Assembly: GCF_000315625.1 (NCBI RefSeq)
Contig: NW_005434647.1
Location: 229,132 to 293,131, forward strand
Length of the DNA: 64,000 bases
Direction of reading: 5' to 3'
Origin: Guillardia theta CCMP2712
Taxonomy: Eukaryota > Protista > Cryptophyta
Part shown: one piece after another, positions 36,487-47,600 of the stretch
How the letters are laid out: each line of letters opens with the position of its first letter
Position numbering within the stretch: the first letter of the stretch is position 1
Notes under the pieces: generated by a model
Databases searched by the model: none
The model's input: the letters and a program-made list of their open reading frames with translations, nothing else
What the model was told of the DNA's origin: nothing
Translations under genes and position numbers: made by a program

Positions 36487-39221
36487 GCTCCATGTCTTGC
36501 AGCACCAGCTCCTCCAGCGGCTACTACAGCAGTTGGTGGCTGGTTGTGGGGAGCAACGAGAGACTTCTGAAGAGGGGCAGCACGGTCTTCTACTCTCGGA
36601 GGTGCAGGAGAAGGAGCCCGTCTCTCTTCCCTTACAGCCTTCCTGCTCTCACTCTCCTCTCTCTCCGGTGCAGCCTTTCCCTCCTCCCACCTTCGCTCAG
36701 CCGCCTGCTGCTCATCGAGTTTTGTCCCCAAGCCCTCTTTGCCCTCCTCTGCTCCTCCAAGGAGGCCCTGCCCCGCCACCTCCTCCTTGAACTTCTGTGC
36801 GACCTGGCGTCATGCCAACAACAACCAGGTCCTCTGCCCCCTCACGCACCTGGTAGGAGGGGTTGCGGAGGTTGTCAGAGGAGGCGTCGGCGTACGCCAG
36901 TGCTTTCTTGAGAGCAGCCTTGACGACGAGGAGCGACTGGTTGCTCTCAGCGAACTCTAGGGCGAGGAGGGAGAGCTCTTCGTTCTGGTGCTGGGAAGGC
37001 CTCGCCTCCTGCCGACTCAGAGAGGAGGTGAGGTTGGAGACGTCCTGCTTGAGGGTCTCGACTTCCTTCATGAGCTTGCGGATGATGTCCTTCGGATACA
37101 GAGAGAGGAGGAGAAGAGGAGGAGGAAAGATCAGAGGAACAAGAGCAGGGGCAGGAGAGGTGAGCAGGGCGAGGTGCAAAAAAAGCGATCAGAGTCATGT
37201 TTTCCACCATCTCGCTCCTCGCTCTCTACCTGATGTTGATTGATCGTCTGAACTTCAGCTTCATGGCATTCCTGCAGATGCTGCACGCGCTGCGACAGCT
37301 GCGCCACGTCGACTCCTGCATTCCTCTCCAACTTCGGCTTTTCCGCGTCAAGCACTTTGGGCTTGTCTCCCTCCGCCTTGTTGGCGGCAGGGGCGGCAGG
37401 CGTGAGCTGATTCTTCGACATCACTGCAAGACTGCGATCAAACGCTTCTCGCGCTCGGTCCTCGTGCGAAGACAGCCCTGCCTGCTGACCGGGTTACACT
37501 GGCAAGGCAGTGGAGGAGGGTTGCAGGCGCCAGGACGAAAAACAAGGGGCAGAGTAAGAGGGAAAAGGGAGAGGAAGAGGAAATGGGGCATAGGTTGGAG
37601 GGAGGGGAGGATAACGACCGCCATGCGAGCAAACTTGACGTCTTGTCTCTGCATGCTCGGACTGCTGGGTCGCATCCCTGCGACGACAACTCAATCAGCA
37701 TACGTCGCTATGGTGTTAGCTTGCGTGCAATCAAGTGAAACAATGATGGATTCATCCAGTTCGAAACAAGAGGAGCATGGCGGTAAAGGATTGCAGGTAT
37801 CAGAGGCGTCACTTGCGTCGCTATCAAAGAGCACCTGGACTTGCACTTCGAGGCCTCGGATGGGTGGGACCTTCTCTACTTCCTCCCTCGCCGCTACTCC
37901 TCAAGCTCTTTCCTTGCGGCGTGCTCCTACTTTGAGGACCTCAGGAGATCCCGCTGACCAGTCACGACCTGACCTGCTCACGCTGGCAGACGTCCAGGGG
38001 CTGAGGGGAACGTCACGTGTCTGCTGCATCTACAAGTGCGTCACTTAGCAACACTGACATGACAGTCACTCGCTCACTTGCTCCTCCTGCGGCTGCGACG
38101 GCGCCTGGCTGAATGCACGCATCGGGCCCCTGGAGGCGGAGAGGACGCCGTCGCGCCTCTTCTCCTCCTGCCCTCGGCACCATCAACATCACAGTCCGAG
38201 GAGACGAAAGTCAGGGAGCTCACAGTTATCTTCAATGGCCTGGCAGGTGAGGAAGGCCTATGGTTGTTCTTTGGCATTCTGACCTGCGTTGAGAGCATGT
38301 CAGACACTGCGGTTCTGCCCATTCGTGCTTACGTTGTCCAAGATCAAGAGCTGCGGTAGCATGCCTGTCAGTCTGTGCCGATACCTGAACGAATTGGTGA
38401 GAGACAGGAGGGGAGCAGAGAGACGCGGGGGGAGGGGGGGGGGAGAGGGGAGCAGAGAGTAAAATCAAAAAGCATGGGAAGGCATGATGCTCCTACTGGG
38501 GTTTCTGCGCGCATGGATTTCCCTTCAACGACATCCAGGCCAACTTTGAGTTGAGGGAAAGGGTTCGAAGAGCTTCGACCTATTGGAATTCATCAACCAT
38601 CCTTGTTGCGGGCCGGCAAAGCAGAACAGACAGTGCTGATCATGTTGTTGGACACATCCAAACGCTCGAGGTCCATGTTGCATTCAAGGTCGGAGATCAC
38701 TTTGATCTCATTGTTCTGCAGTCTGTTTCGCATGCGTGAGTTGCAACATTAAAACATCACGTCAAGCAATCACGAGAGCTCTGTCAACGAGGTGCAGTGG
38801 TCTAGTCCTCGGAGGCGGGTGAGGGAGTTGTAGGCGAGGTTGAGGGACGTCAGGTAGAAGAAGTTTTCCAATCCTGAGATCTCACGGATGAGGTTGTGAG
38901 AGGCGTCCAAGACTACTAGAGAGGGCGGAATGCTTTCAAGCCTTGAGATGGAGTTATTGGAAAGGTTGAGTGCTGTAAGGGCCACGTAAGTGTTTGCCAG
39001 CCCAGTGGAGAAGGATAGGTTCCCTGAACACAGATCAGACCGATCTCTCCAGAGGACATACACTCACGTCCAGACAAGTCCAGCTCTGTACGATGGTCGA
39101 CACGTGCCAGCAGATTGCCTTGAGCACGGAGGTTGCCCGAATGCCTCCGCTGTAGGGACTCATCTTCCTCCTCGTCCTCGTCTTGATAGCTTCCACTGTC
39201 ATCAAAATTGTGTAGGACCAT
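35274..39221 (-). CDS. LRR (SDS22-like) protein with long coiled-coil/low-complexity C-terminus, multi-exon
   Basis: LRRs: LTALNLSNNSISRLE, LVVLDASHNLIREISGL, LTSLNLAYNSLTRLRGL, LERLDVSNN. A downstream coiled-coil exon reads DIIRKLMKEVETLKQDVSNL. A single gene is assumed, and the 3' end is approximate. Confidence 0.65.
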
Positions 39222-40155
39222 ACTTCACGTTCAATATGCCCGGAACTGATCTTCTCTTCGACCCGTGTGTGTGACGCCCTTTCGTGGATATATTGCAGTA
39301 CTATTCGAGCATACAGGAAAACCTGCTAAAAGCGATCCGATCATTTATCTGAGTTGAACTATAAAACGTGGTGGATTGAACGGGACTAGTCACATTCTGG
39401 CATGGATCGTTCTACATTCTGTTCTGAAGAAACACTCGTCTCCTATTAGCCGTTGGCTTCATCACTTTTGTATTTACTCCTATCCTTCTCTTGAAAGCCC
39501 TGAAACAACCTTCCCAGATCTATCCCTGTGTATCACCATGTCGCAACGTCCTCCTACGCTCTGCTCTCTGACACCTAACTGTAACCTCGCTCTTGATTTC
39601 CCCGTCCCTGCTCCTTCCCTCTCCTCCCCCATCCTCCCTCTCCACTCCCTGTCCCATGTTCGCTCTTCAAACTGAACTACCCCCACCCTCTTCAAACAAT
39701 ATGGCGTGTAGAGACTAACAAATAACGGTAGAAGTAACCGATAAAGGAATCACTGAGCCTGCCGCCCGGTGGCGGGCCGGGCCGGCCCAGTTGACGGTTA
39801 CATTGAAACGGATGGATCGGAGCCAGCCGCCGACAGTCGGTCACGGGCCAGTCAGCAATGGATTCTTGACGGTTATTGAACCGTTTTGAATACAGGGAGG
39901 GGTGGTGGGTACTACCCCTTGCCGACGTGTGTAGTATGGAAATGGAAATTGATGCGAATACCCCGTGGTGATATTACAAAAGTTCCCTCAAAAGGTGGGT
40001 ACTTTGTGACCACCCACAGGATATAAATTGTTGGGGTGGGTACTTTTCAAGGTGTTCTCCAGATTCGTCTTTTTCAATGGGGTCGGGAGATAAGGGGTCT
40101 TGCTCCTAGGGGGTAGGGGTGGGGTGGGAGTGAATTCGCAAGGCCAAGGGACGCC

Positions 40156-40859
40156 ATGGGCTGCTGCGAAGGAAGGCCTGAGAAGCCTCCCCAGGAAGTG
40201 GCGGTGGTAAGAGCGCAATGGAGGATGTGATGACGAGAGGATGTGAAGTAGAGGCGGATGGTGGAGGATGGAAGGACGAGGGAACAGTGGTAGAGAGGCA
40301 GTAGGAGAGGAAAACTGGGCGGCAGGTCGCATCGCCACTGTGAGCGTGGAAGATGAGGTGGGGAGAAAAGAGGAGAGGAGATGGGACAGATGATTTAAGG
40401 CGGACATTAGATGAAAGCAAGTAAGTTTGAGGCAGTGATGAGTGCGAAGCTAGCATCGAGTCACATGATGAGAATGGAGATGCGATATTGTAAAAATGTC
40501 AAGAACTGCAATCTTGTTTTGCGTACTGCGTAGCACAAGATATTTATGCACTCGAACTTACTGGTGTCTTTGTGTCGACAGGATCCGGAGGAACGCAGAA
40601 AAGCGGCGGTAGCGGCTGCTGAAGCGAGGAATAAGCGCTTCTCAAACATGTCATCTGGATCAGGAGGGGCCCCTGCAGCGAAACCTGCTGCTAATGTATG
40701 CATCCTCCTCCATTCCGATGCTTCATGGTCTAACTTTGCTGCAGTCGTCAAATGAAGAGCAAAGGATAGATAGACTTGCAAAAGCGGGTGGATGTAAGAT
40801 TTTCAATTCCTCCTCCCACCAGGAGATTGACGCCTTTCTTTGCAGCGGGCTGGGACTAG
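40156..40859 (+). CDS. SVIP-like small VCP/p97-interacting protein (4 small exons)
   Basis: Spliced reading MGCCEGRPEKPPQEVAV|DPEERRKAAVAAAEARNKRF..|SSNEEQRIDRLAKA|AGWD* has an N-terminal MGCC acylation motif and a VIM-like R-x5-AA-x2-R motif. Confidence 0.7.
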
Positions 40860-40970
40860 CGGTGCAGTGTATAGGAAAACCCTGGCACCGAAGAGCAAAC
40901 ATGATATTGTGGATGTTTAAAAGAAGTTAGAGATGCGATAGCAACCATGATCTCCTCTTGTCTATGATGC

Positions 40971-43900
40971 TCATGTGTCTTGTGGTGGCTCATCTAGCAG
41001 CTCAGCGACGCGGTCCAGAACTTCCTGCAGCATCAAGAGCTGCATTTCCTGTAGAGAGCAGAAAGGAGTGCAGTCAGGGACGATGTTATGGATGACAAGC
41101 ACTCATTGGCTCACCGTGTCTAAAGAGAGCGGTTCGGTAGGAGCATGCGAGCACGTTAGCGGGCGTGTCAGGCGGAGGGTTGCAAGACCTGAGATGTGGC
41201 AACAACCTCCCTCAGACGCCTCCGGTGCTGAGCTCCTCGACAGATGCTCCTGCGCATCATCCTTCAGCTATGCAGATAGATCCTTGACTGAAACCGCACC
41301 CGCGAGACACTCCTTGACGGGTTGACGATCTCGTCTAGGAATTTTCTTCTTATGTTATGCTCCCACACTCCAGTCAAGTTGCTTTGCCGATCCTGCTCCA
41401 CAGGAGCATGTTACACATTCGCACCCACTAGCTGTCCCCAGAACTCCACAACCTTGATGAGAATGAAACGGAGGACGTTGAGGCCGCTCATGAGGATGTC
41501 GAGTCTGATCCCGAAGCAGTCACGTGCGTCCGAGGGCAGGCAGGCAGGGGAAGGAAGGGTGGGTGATTGGCGACCTGTGTAGGAGAAGAGCCTTCTGGCT
41601 TGAGGAAAGGACCTCAAAGAGCAGAGAGACGGAGAGAGCGATGAAAGGAGTCCTCTTCGTGTCATGCTGGTATTGCTGCAACAGCAGGTCAGCGATGTTG
41701 ACGTATCGTCGTGGTTTTCTTTGGTCACATCGATATCATGCTGTGACGTTGGCCACGAGTGCAGGATTTCGTCCTTGACGATGTTGAGAGCCACGGAAGT
41801 CACTGACGGGTACGGACATCGAGTGATCAAATCCTTCATCACGGCGAACCCTGAGGGAAAAAGTCAAACTTCAGCGACACGCCTGAGGGCACAATGACGT
41901 GGCTCCGGGGCCAAGACAGACGTGAACAGTCTGAGTAGCTTGTACGCCTTGTGCCTGGAGTGCTGCCTGTTGTCCGTCATACACCACCCTTGAGGGGGGG
42001 AGGAGGATCGAAAAGGAGACAGAGTAAGGAACCTCCCCAAAACAGCGAAGGGAACGGAGGGAGAAGGGATCCACGTACTCAGGCAGCTGCGTCATCGCTG
42101 TTGCAAGACCTTGAACGATCTGCATGCAAATCTGTCGATTCTTGCCATCGATGCCTGGCGTCCCCAGTTCTAGGTCTGTCTCAGCGAGCAGTTGACCATG
42201 CTCTTGCAGCACTGAAATCGGATCAACGACAAGGCAAGCCAACGCACGGACAGACCTTTGATGGTGAACTCAAGAAGCATGATCCCTGCCCGGACATGGT
42301 TTGACCAATGAGAGCTCAGCAGCTCTGAGATGCCCGGGAGGATCAAAACCCCTCGGAATCTGGATAGAGCATCAAGACATGCTGATTGAAACAAAGAAAG
42401 ATGAAGTTTACCTTGCCGTCAAGAAGGGATGAAAGAACACCCGGTGGTTCGCATCGCCCAATTTAGACGATGATGATAGATATATGAAAAAACTGAGCGA
42501 TCCAGCTCCTTCATACAGGTACTCCTTGTGATAGATGGCACAGTGACGAAGAAATCAAGGATCAACACGATGGTACCTTTGATGCTGGCAACTCCGTCCC
42601 CTCCGCCTCTATGCCATCATCAACATCCTCACACTCGTCAAGCTCTGCAAGAATTTGCTCCATGCTCTTCGACTCATCCATCATCCAAAAGGGCCTGCAT
42701 ACAATGTCATTGCTATCCCTACCGTGAAAACGCAGAGAAAGGCTAGGAGGTACCTCGAAGGGGGAAACAAAACGAACAGGATACCATTGGGCAGTGAGGC
42801 TACCAAGTCCAGCACCTCCAGAACCCTGTTTGACAGATCTTCTGTGTGGAAAACATTGGTCTTCTTTTTTTCAGCTTCCGGCATGAAGAACTCGGTGGAG
42901 ACGATGGAAGACGTCCAGTACCTGCCAACTCTTGAAGTCACTACCCGGTCACAGGACGTAGCCAGAGATACAAGGCCTTCAGAAGGTCCTTGAGCACTTG
43001 GCAGATCATCTCATAACTTTCAGCATTCATGTCATCCAGAAGCCTCTGAAAGAACGTCTGGCAAGCTGGCAAGACAGCGTCAAAGAAGCCCTTGTTGAGG
43101 GTGAGGATATCAGCCGGAGCCAGCACATCGTGCAGAGCACTGTTTTGATCGCAGTGCATCTGGTCGGGAGAAGCAGGAGTTGATCGTTCTGCATTCAAGG
43201 ATGAAGAGGCAGAAGAATGATCATCCATCTTGTCTGTTCTTGTGGAGAGACCGACAAATCGCCTATGGAGCATGGAGAGCAGGTCCTTCACAAAGATATG
43301 AAGTTTCCCTTTTGCCAGCTTAGGAAAGACTTGAGCGAGCATTTCAAGCAGTAATTGCTGCTGCCTGACATCCTTACATGCAATGTCATTTTTAAATCAT
43401 CAACCACGTCACTGTCTCCTGACCTCGTACACGGCAAACACTTCCATCACCATCGAGAAAACTTCTCTTGGGTTTCCCAGACTTGCAACGAGGCTGCAGT
43501 CGGTTCAGCACTAAGAACGAGAGCATAGATCAAGCAATCATATCACATTAGGATGCCCCGTGCAGCCTCGCAGCATCGTCTGCACATTCTAGTGAGCACT
43601 GACAAAACCCCATCAAAATACGTACGGCTCGCCTATGACAAATGGGATCAGCACATGGATCAAGTCCCATCCAATGGATCTCAGGATGTCTAGCCTTGTT
43701 TTCAAGAAGTTGCATGCTTCAATGCAATCTTCGCACTTCCCGTTTCCCTGCAGTCCATCCTGAAGGCAATGGAGTACCTGGAGACTGTCGGGTGAGATGA
43801 ACAAACCTAGACTTGAAGGACTCGCCTTCTCAAAATCCTCTTGTTCGCATCGCTCTGCGACTTCTGATAGTCTTGTGAGCAGCATGCAGTCGGTGAGAGT

Positions 43901-44154
43901 TATATGGCTGCGGAGAGACGAGCAACGAGAGCAAGTGCTGAGGGGACTGATACAAGAAGTCTATCATATTGGGGACTCAGGACGTGCTCGCTTCGCATCT
44001 TCGCATAACCGCAAGTGATCATGAATTCGAGGATGGTCTACATCAGCAAGTCAGTGCACAAGTATCTTCACCTCCATCAGCCTCTCCTGCTTGATCCTCG
44101 CGCCCCCCTACTTGCCTCCCCCACCTCTCCTAAGCTCGATCCTAACCTAGCCAT
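40971..44154 (-). CDS. Glomulin/ALF4/Ybp-like helical-repeat protein, many exons
   Basis: Motifs: ILRSIGWDLIHVLIPF, LGNPREVFSMVME, KDLITRCPYPSVTSVALNIVKDEI, LDILMSGLNVLRFILIK, LMLQEVLDRVAELL. The start is approximate. Confidence 0.75.
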
Positions 44155-44649
44155 GATCGGGCACCTCAGCTAAGATTTTTGTCGCCTTCACTCAAACTCG
44201 GACCGCATCCCGGCCGGGCCCGCCCGCCCGGGTGCAAGAGGTGGCGATGCCGACGGTTATATTTTTGATCTTTTGTAACGCCCGAGCTCCGGGCTGTCGG
44301 CTGTCGATTATAGAGCTCTTTTTAAGATTGAAAAAAGCTGAAGAAACACTCCACTATTTTAGTCATAGTCTGAGGTGGACCCGTAAGGATAGAAGAGGTT
44401 TTGCCATGTTCCTATATGAGTAAAACTCTCTATTAGAGCAATAGATGTTTGAAGCCTGACTCGATTTAAAATTTGAGGGTGGGCCCCAAATATTTCAATG
44501 GGCCGTGAAGGAGCAGGGAACATTCGACGAGCAGCGGCGAAGGAGCTGCGGGGGGTGCGGAATGATGGGGCCAGCAGGGGAGCGATGGGCGGGGTTTGAG
44601 CAAGAGTTAGGGAGCTGACTGGGTCTGAGTCATCAAAATGCAAGACGAC

Positions 44650-47600
44650 ATGAGTTGGCTGCCAAATTTCAAGGAAGAAAAATTGCGGAACCATGTGTTC
44701 TTCATCTTCAAAGAGGAACGTTTCAATCTAACTGCAACATTTTTGGGCGACCAGTTGTTGGTATCTGTGCGAAGCGTTTTCAGGTAATTATGCCATGCTA
44801 GATCACTTTTGCACCTGTGATGCTAATTTGGCAGCCATTGCATTGAGGGTTTGAATAGTCGTGCGAACATTGATTGTAGTTCCTACATGCGAATTCCGTG
44901 TATCTCAGGAATGGTTATAACACATAAGGTTGCTCAAGGAAAACAGCGTGGTCCTGAATCAAATAAGTCTTGGTTTGATATCAGACAGCTGAAAAAAGTT
45001 TTGATGCGATATCAAGAGTTCATCCGCCAACATCAAGAACACAATCTCGAACATTTTGCTTTGAGAGATTGGGTAGCTGAGTATTTACAACGAAACAACG
45101 ACATCTTCGAAGGAGCTACCTTGCGAATTGAAAGAACCAAAGTGATAAATGAAGGGCTGACAAGAATTTTGATACAAGATGTATTCAAAGACGTCCATGA
45201 CCCATTGCCTGAAGCCTCATCAAGTATGAACATGTTTGCTGCAGGTTTGCTTGCATTCCTCGCCATGATTTTGTTATCAGATGACAAAGAAATGTTTGGA
45301 AAATGTTTCGACAAGCTCCAAGGATTTCATAATCACCCTCAAAGCACCTGCTCCATCACAGGTAAGGCCGTACTTTGCATCAAGTGAATGCTCCACACAC
45401 CCCGGTTCAAAATAAATTAACTGTTTGACTGCAGGCCCAGTTGAAATTTCTGGAACAGATGATAACAACACCGGCTCCTCAACGCGACAAGATCAAATCG
45501 ACAGGAGACAAAAGAAAGTTTGCACACAAGCGGTACTTGTTTGTACAATTCGCGATGGATGTGATTAACCCTGAGTTGTGCAAGGTTGGAACGATTTTCA
45601 AGCAAATTCGTTCTAGCCACGTGTCAAGGGCAATAGAAAATGATCCCGATTGTGATGATAGTGACGACGAGGGTGACAAACACCAATTCATCCAGCAAGA
45701 TGCTTTGGAGTACACAGGTGCTGTGAATCAAAACGATCAATTCTCCGACTCTTCGGCTTCAGGGAACGAAGAACAGGATGGTGAATTTTTGGCTCTGTTT
45801 TCCTCAACCATTGTTCTAACACTGCTTGATTGAAGAGGATTTGTCGGTGACAGTTGAAGATTTCGATCTTTGGGGCCGAAAGAAGACTTCGTTTTATCGG
45901 GTGATTGAAAAAGGAGATTGTTCAAATCAAGTCGAGCTGCGACTTGACCGATCAGTCGATGTCAATCTGAAATGTCATCAGCATGCGGGAGAATTTGCCA
46001 TCAACCTGAAAAACCTACTTACTATTGTTTTTTCAACTCCAGATGATGCCAAAAAGAATGAGGAAGAAATCAAAAATCGGGGCTGTGAATATTTGAATAA
46101 TCCATGCCCTATCTCAAACACGATTTGTGTCAATTTAAAAAATATTCCAAGCCTCATGGCACAGCTAAAGGAAAAATCAGAAATTGCATCAAAATTCTGT
46201 GAATTCCATAGGTCTGTTCAAGAAATAGACCGTTGCATAAATGTCAGCGAGCATTTCGAGCGATTTGAGGCACCTTGCCCCCCTGTGTCATTGATGTTCG
46301 GTGGACCTTGTGGAGATCTTGTTGAATGCGAGTTATCAAACAACGCCGAAAACAATTCTAACATTCCAATCCACCAGAACCACGACACAAATGGATTCAA
46401 TCAAAACAAACGTGTTTCAAAATCAAACACAGGGTCAAGGCAAGCTCGCGAGGTCGACAGCGTGAGGGAGCAAGAACCCAACTCTGAGGACGCCGCCGGG
46501 CTAGGACAGCAGACCCAAGGCGGCTTGTCTACAGAAGCCTCGACAGGAGCTGCGTTGAAGCCTGCTTGCGATGCCCGAGTCGGGGGCGTGAGTGAGCGAG
46601 GACGTGAGGCCGATTCAGGGCAGCCTGGGTCGAAGAGCCAGCGAGAACCCGAAGCTGGGCCAGGACAGCAGATACAAGGCGGCTTGTCCACAGGGGCCAC
46701 TTTGGAGCATGCTGAGAGGGTTTGTCTGGGTACCGGTTCCGTAATGATGGAAGACAGTACATTGATAAATCCCCCTGCGGAATTCTTTCAAGATTTGTCA
46801 AAGCACCATCACGGAATGCAACATTGGATTGCGGGTATTGATCGAATGGTGAAGCAAGGATTGGGTAATGTCTTGCAAAAATTGAAATCGATGGAACAAA
46901 TGCTTAATGAGAGAGTGACCTCAGCTCAAAAGGAGACGAGAGAACTAAGACAAAGACTGGAGCTCCAAGAATCAAAAGAGCGTGTCAAAATGAAAGCAAT
47001 TCAAAATCTGAATCAACGTCAGGGAGCAACAGAGCAGAAGATCTGTGATCAAACAGCTGTAAACAATGATTTGAGCAACAAGATTGAGACAAATCTTGAA
47101 AAGATAAATAACTTGTCGCAAAGGCAACAAACAATACATTACAATTGGTATACTTTTGAGAACCAAATAACTACACGAGTACAGGCATCAGAGCAGACCC
47201 TGCAGAGCTCGCTCCAGACTGCAGAGCGGACGATCCGGGACGAGGTCACCAGCAAGCTACAGGCGTCAGAGCAGACCCTGCAGAGCTCGCTCCAGACTGC
47301 AGAGCGGACGATCCGGGACGAGGTCACCAGCAAGCTACAGGCGTCAGAGCAGACCCTGCAGAGCTCGCTCCAGACTGCAGAGCGGACGATCCGGGACGAG
47401 GTCACCAGCAAGCTACAGGCGTCAGAGCAGACCCTGCAGAGCTCGCTCCAGACTGCAGAGCGGACGATCCGGGACGAGGTCACCAGCAAGCTACAGGCGT
47501 CAGAGCAGACCCTGCAGAGCTCGCTCCAGACTGCAGAGCGGACGATCCGGGACGAGGTCACCAGCAAGCTACAGGCGTCAGAGCAGACCCTGCAGAGCTC

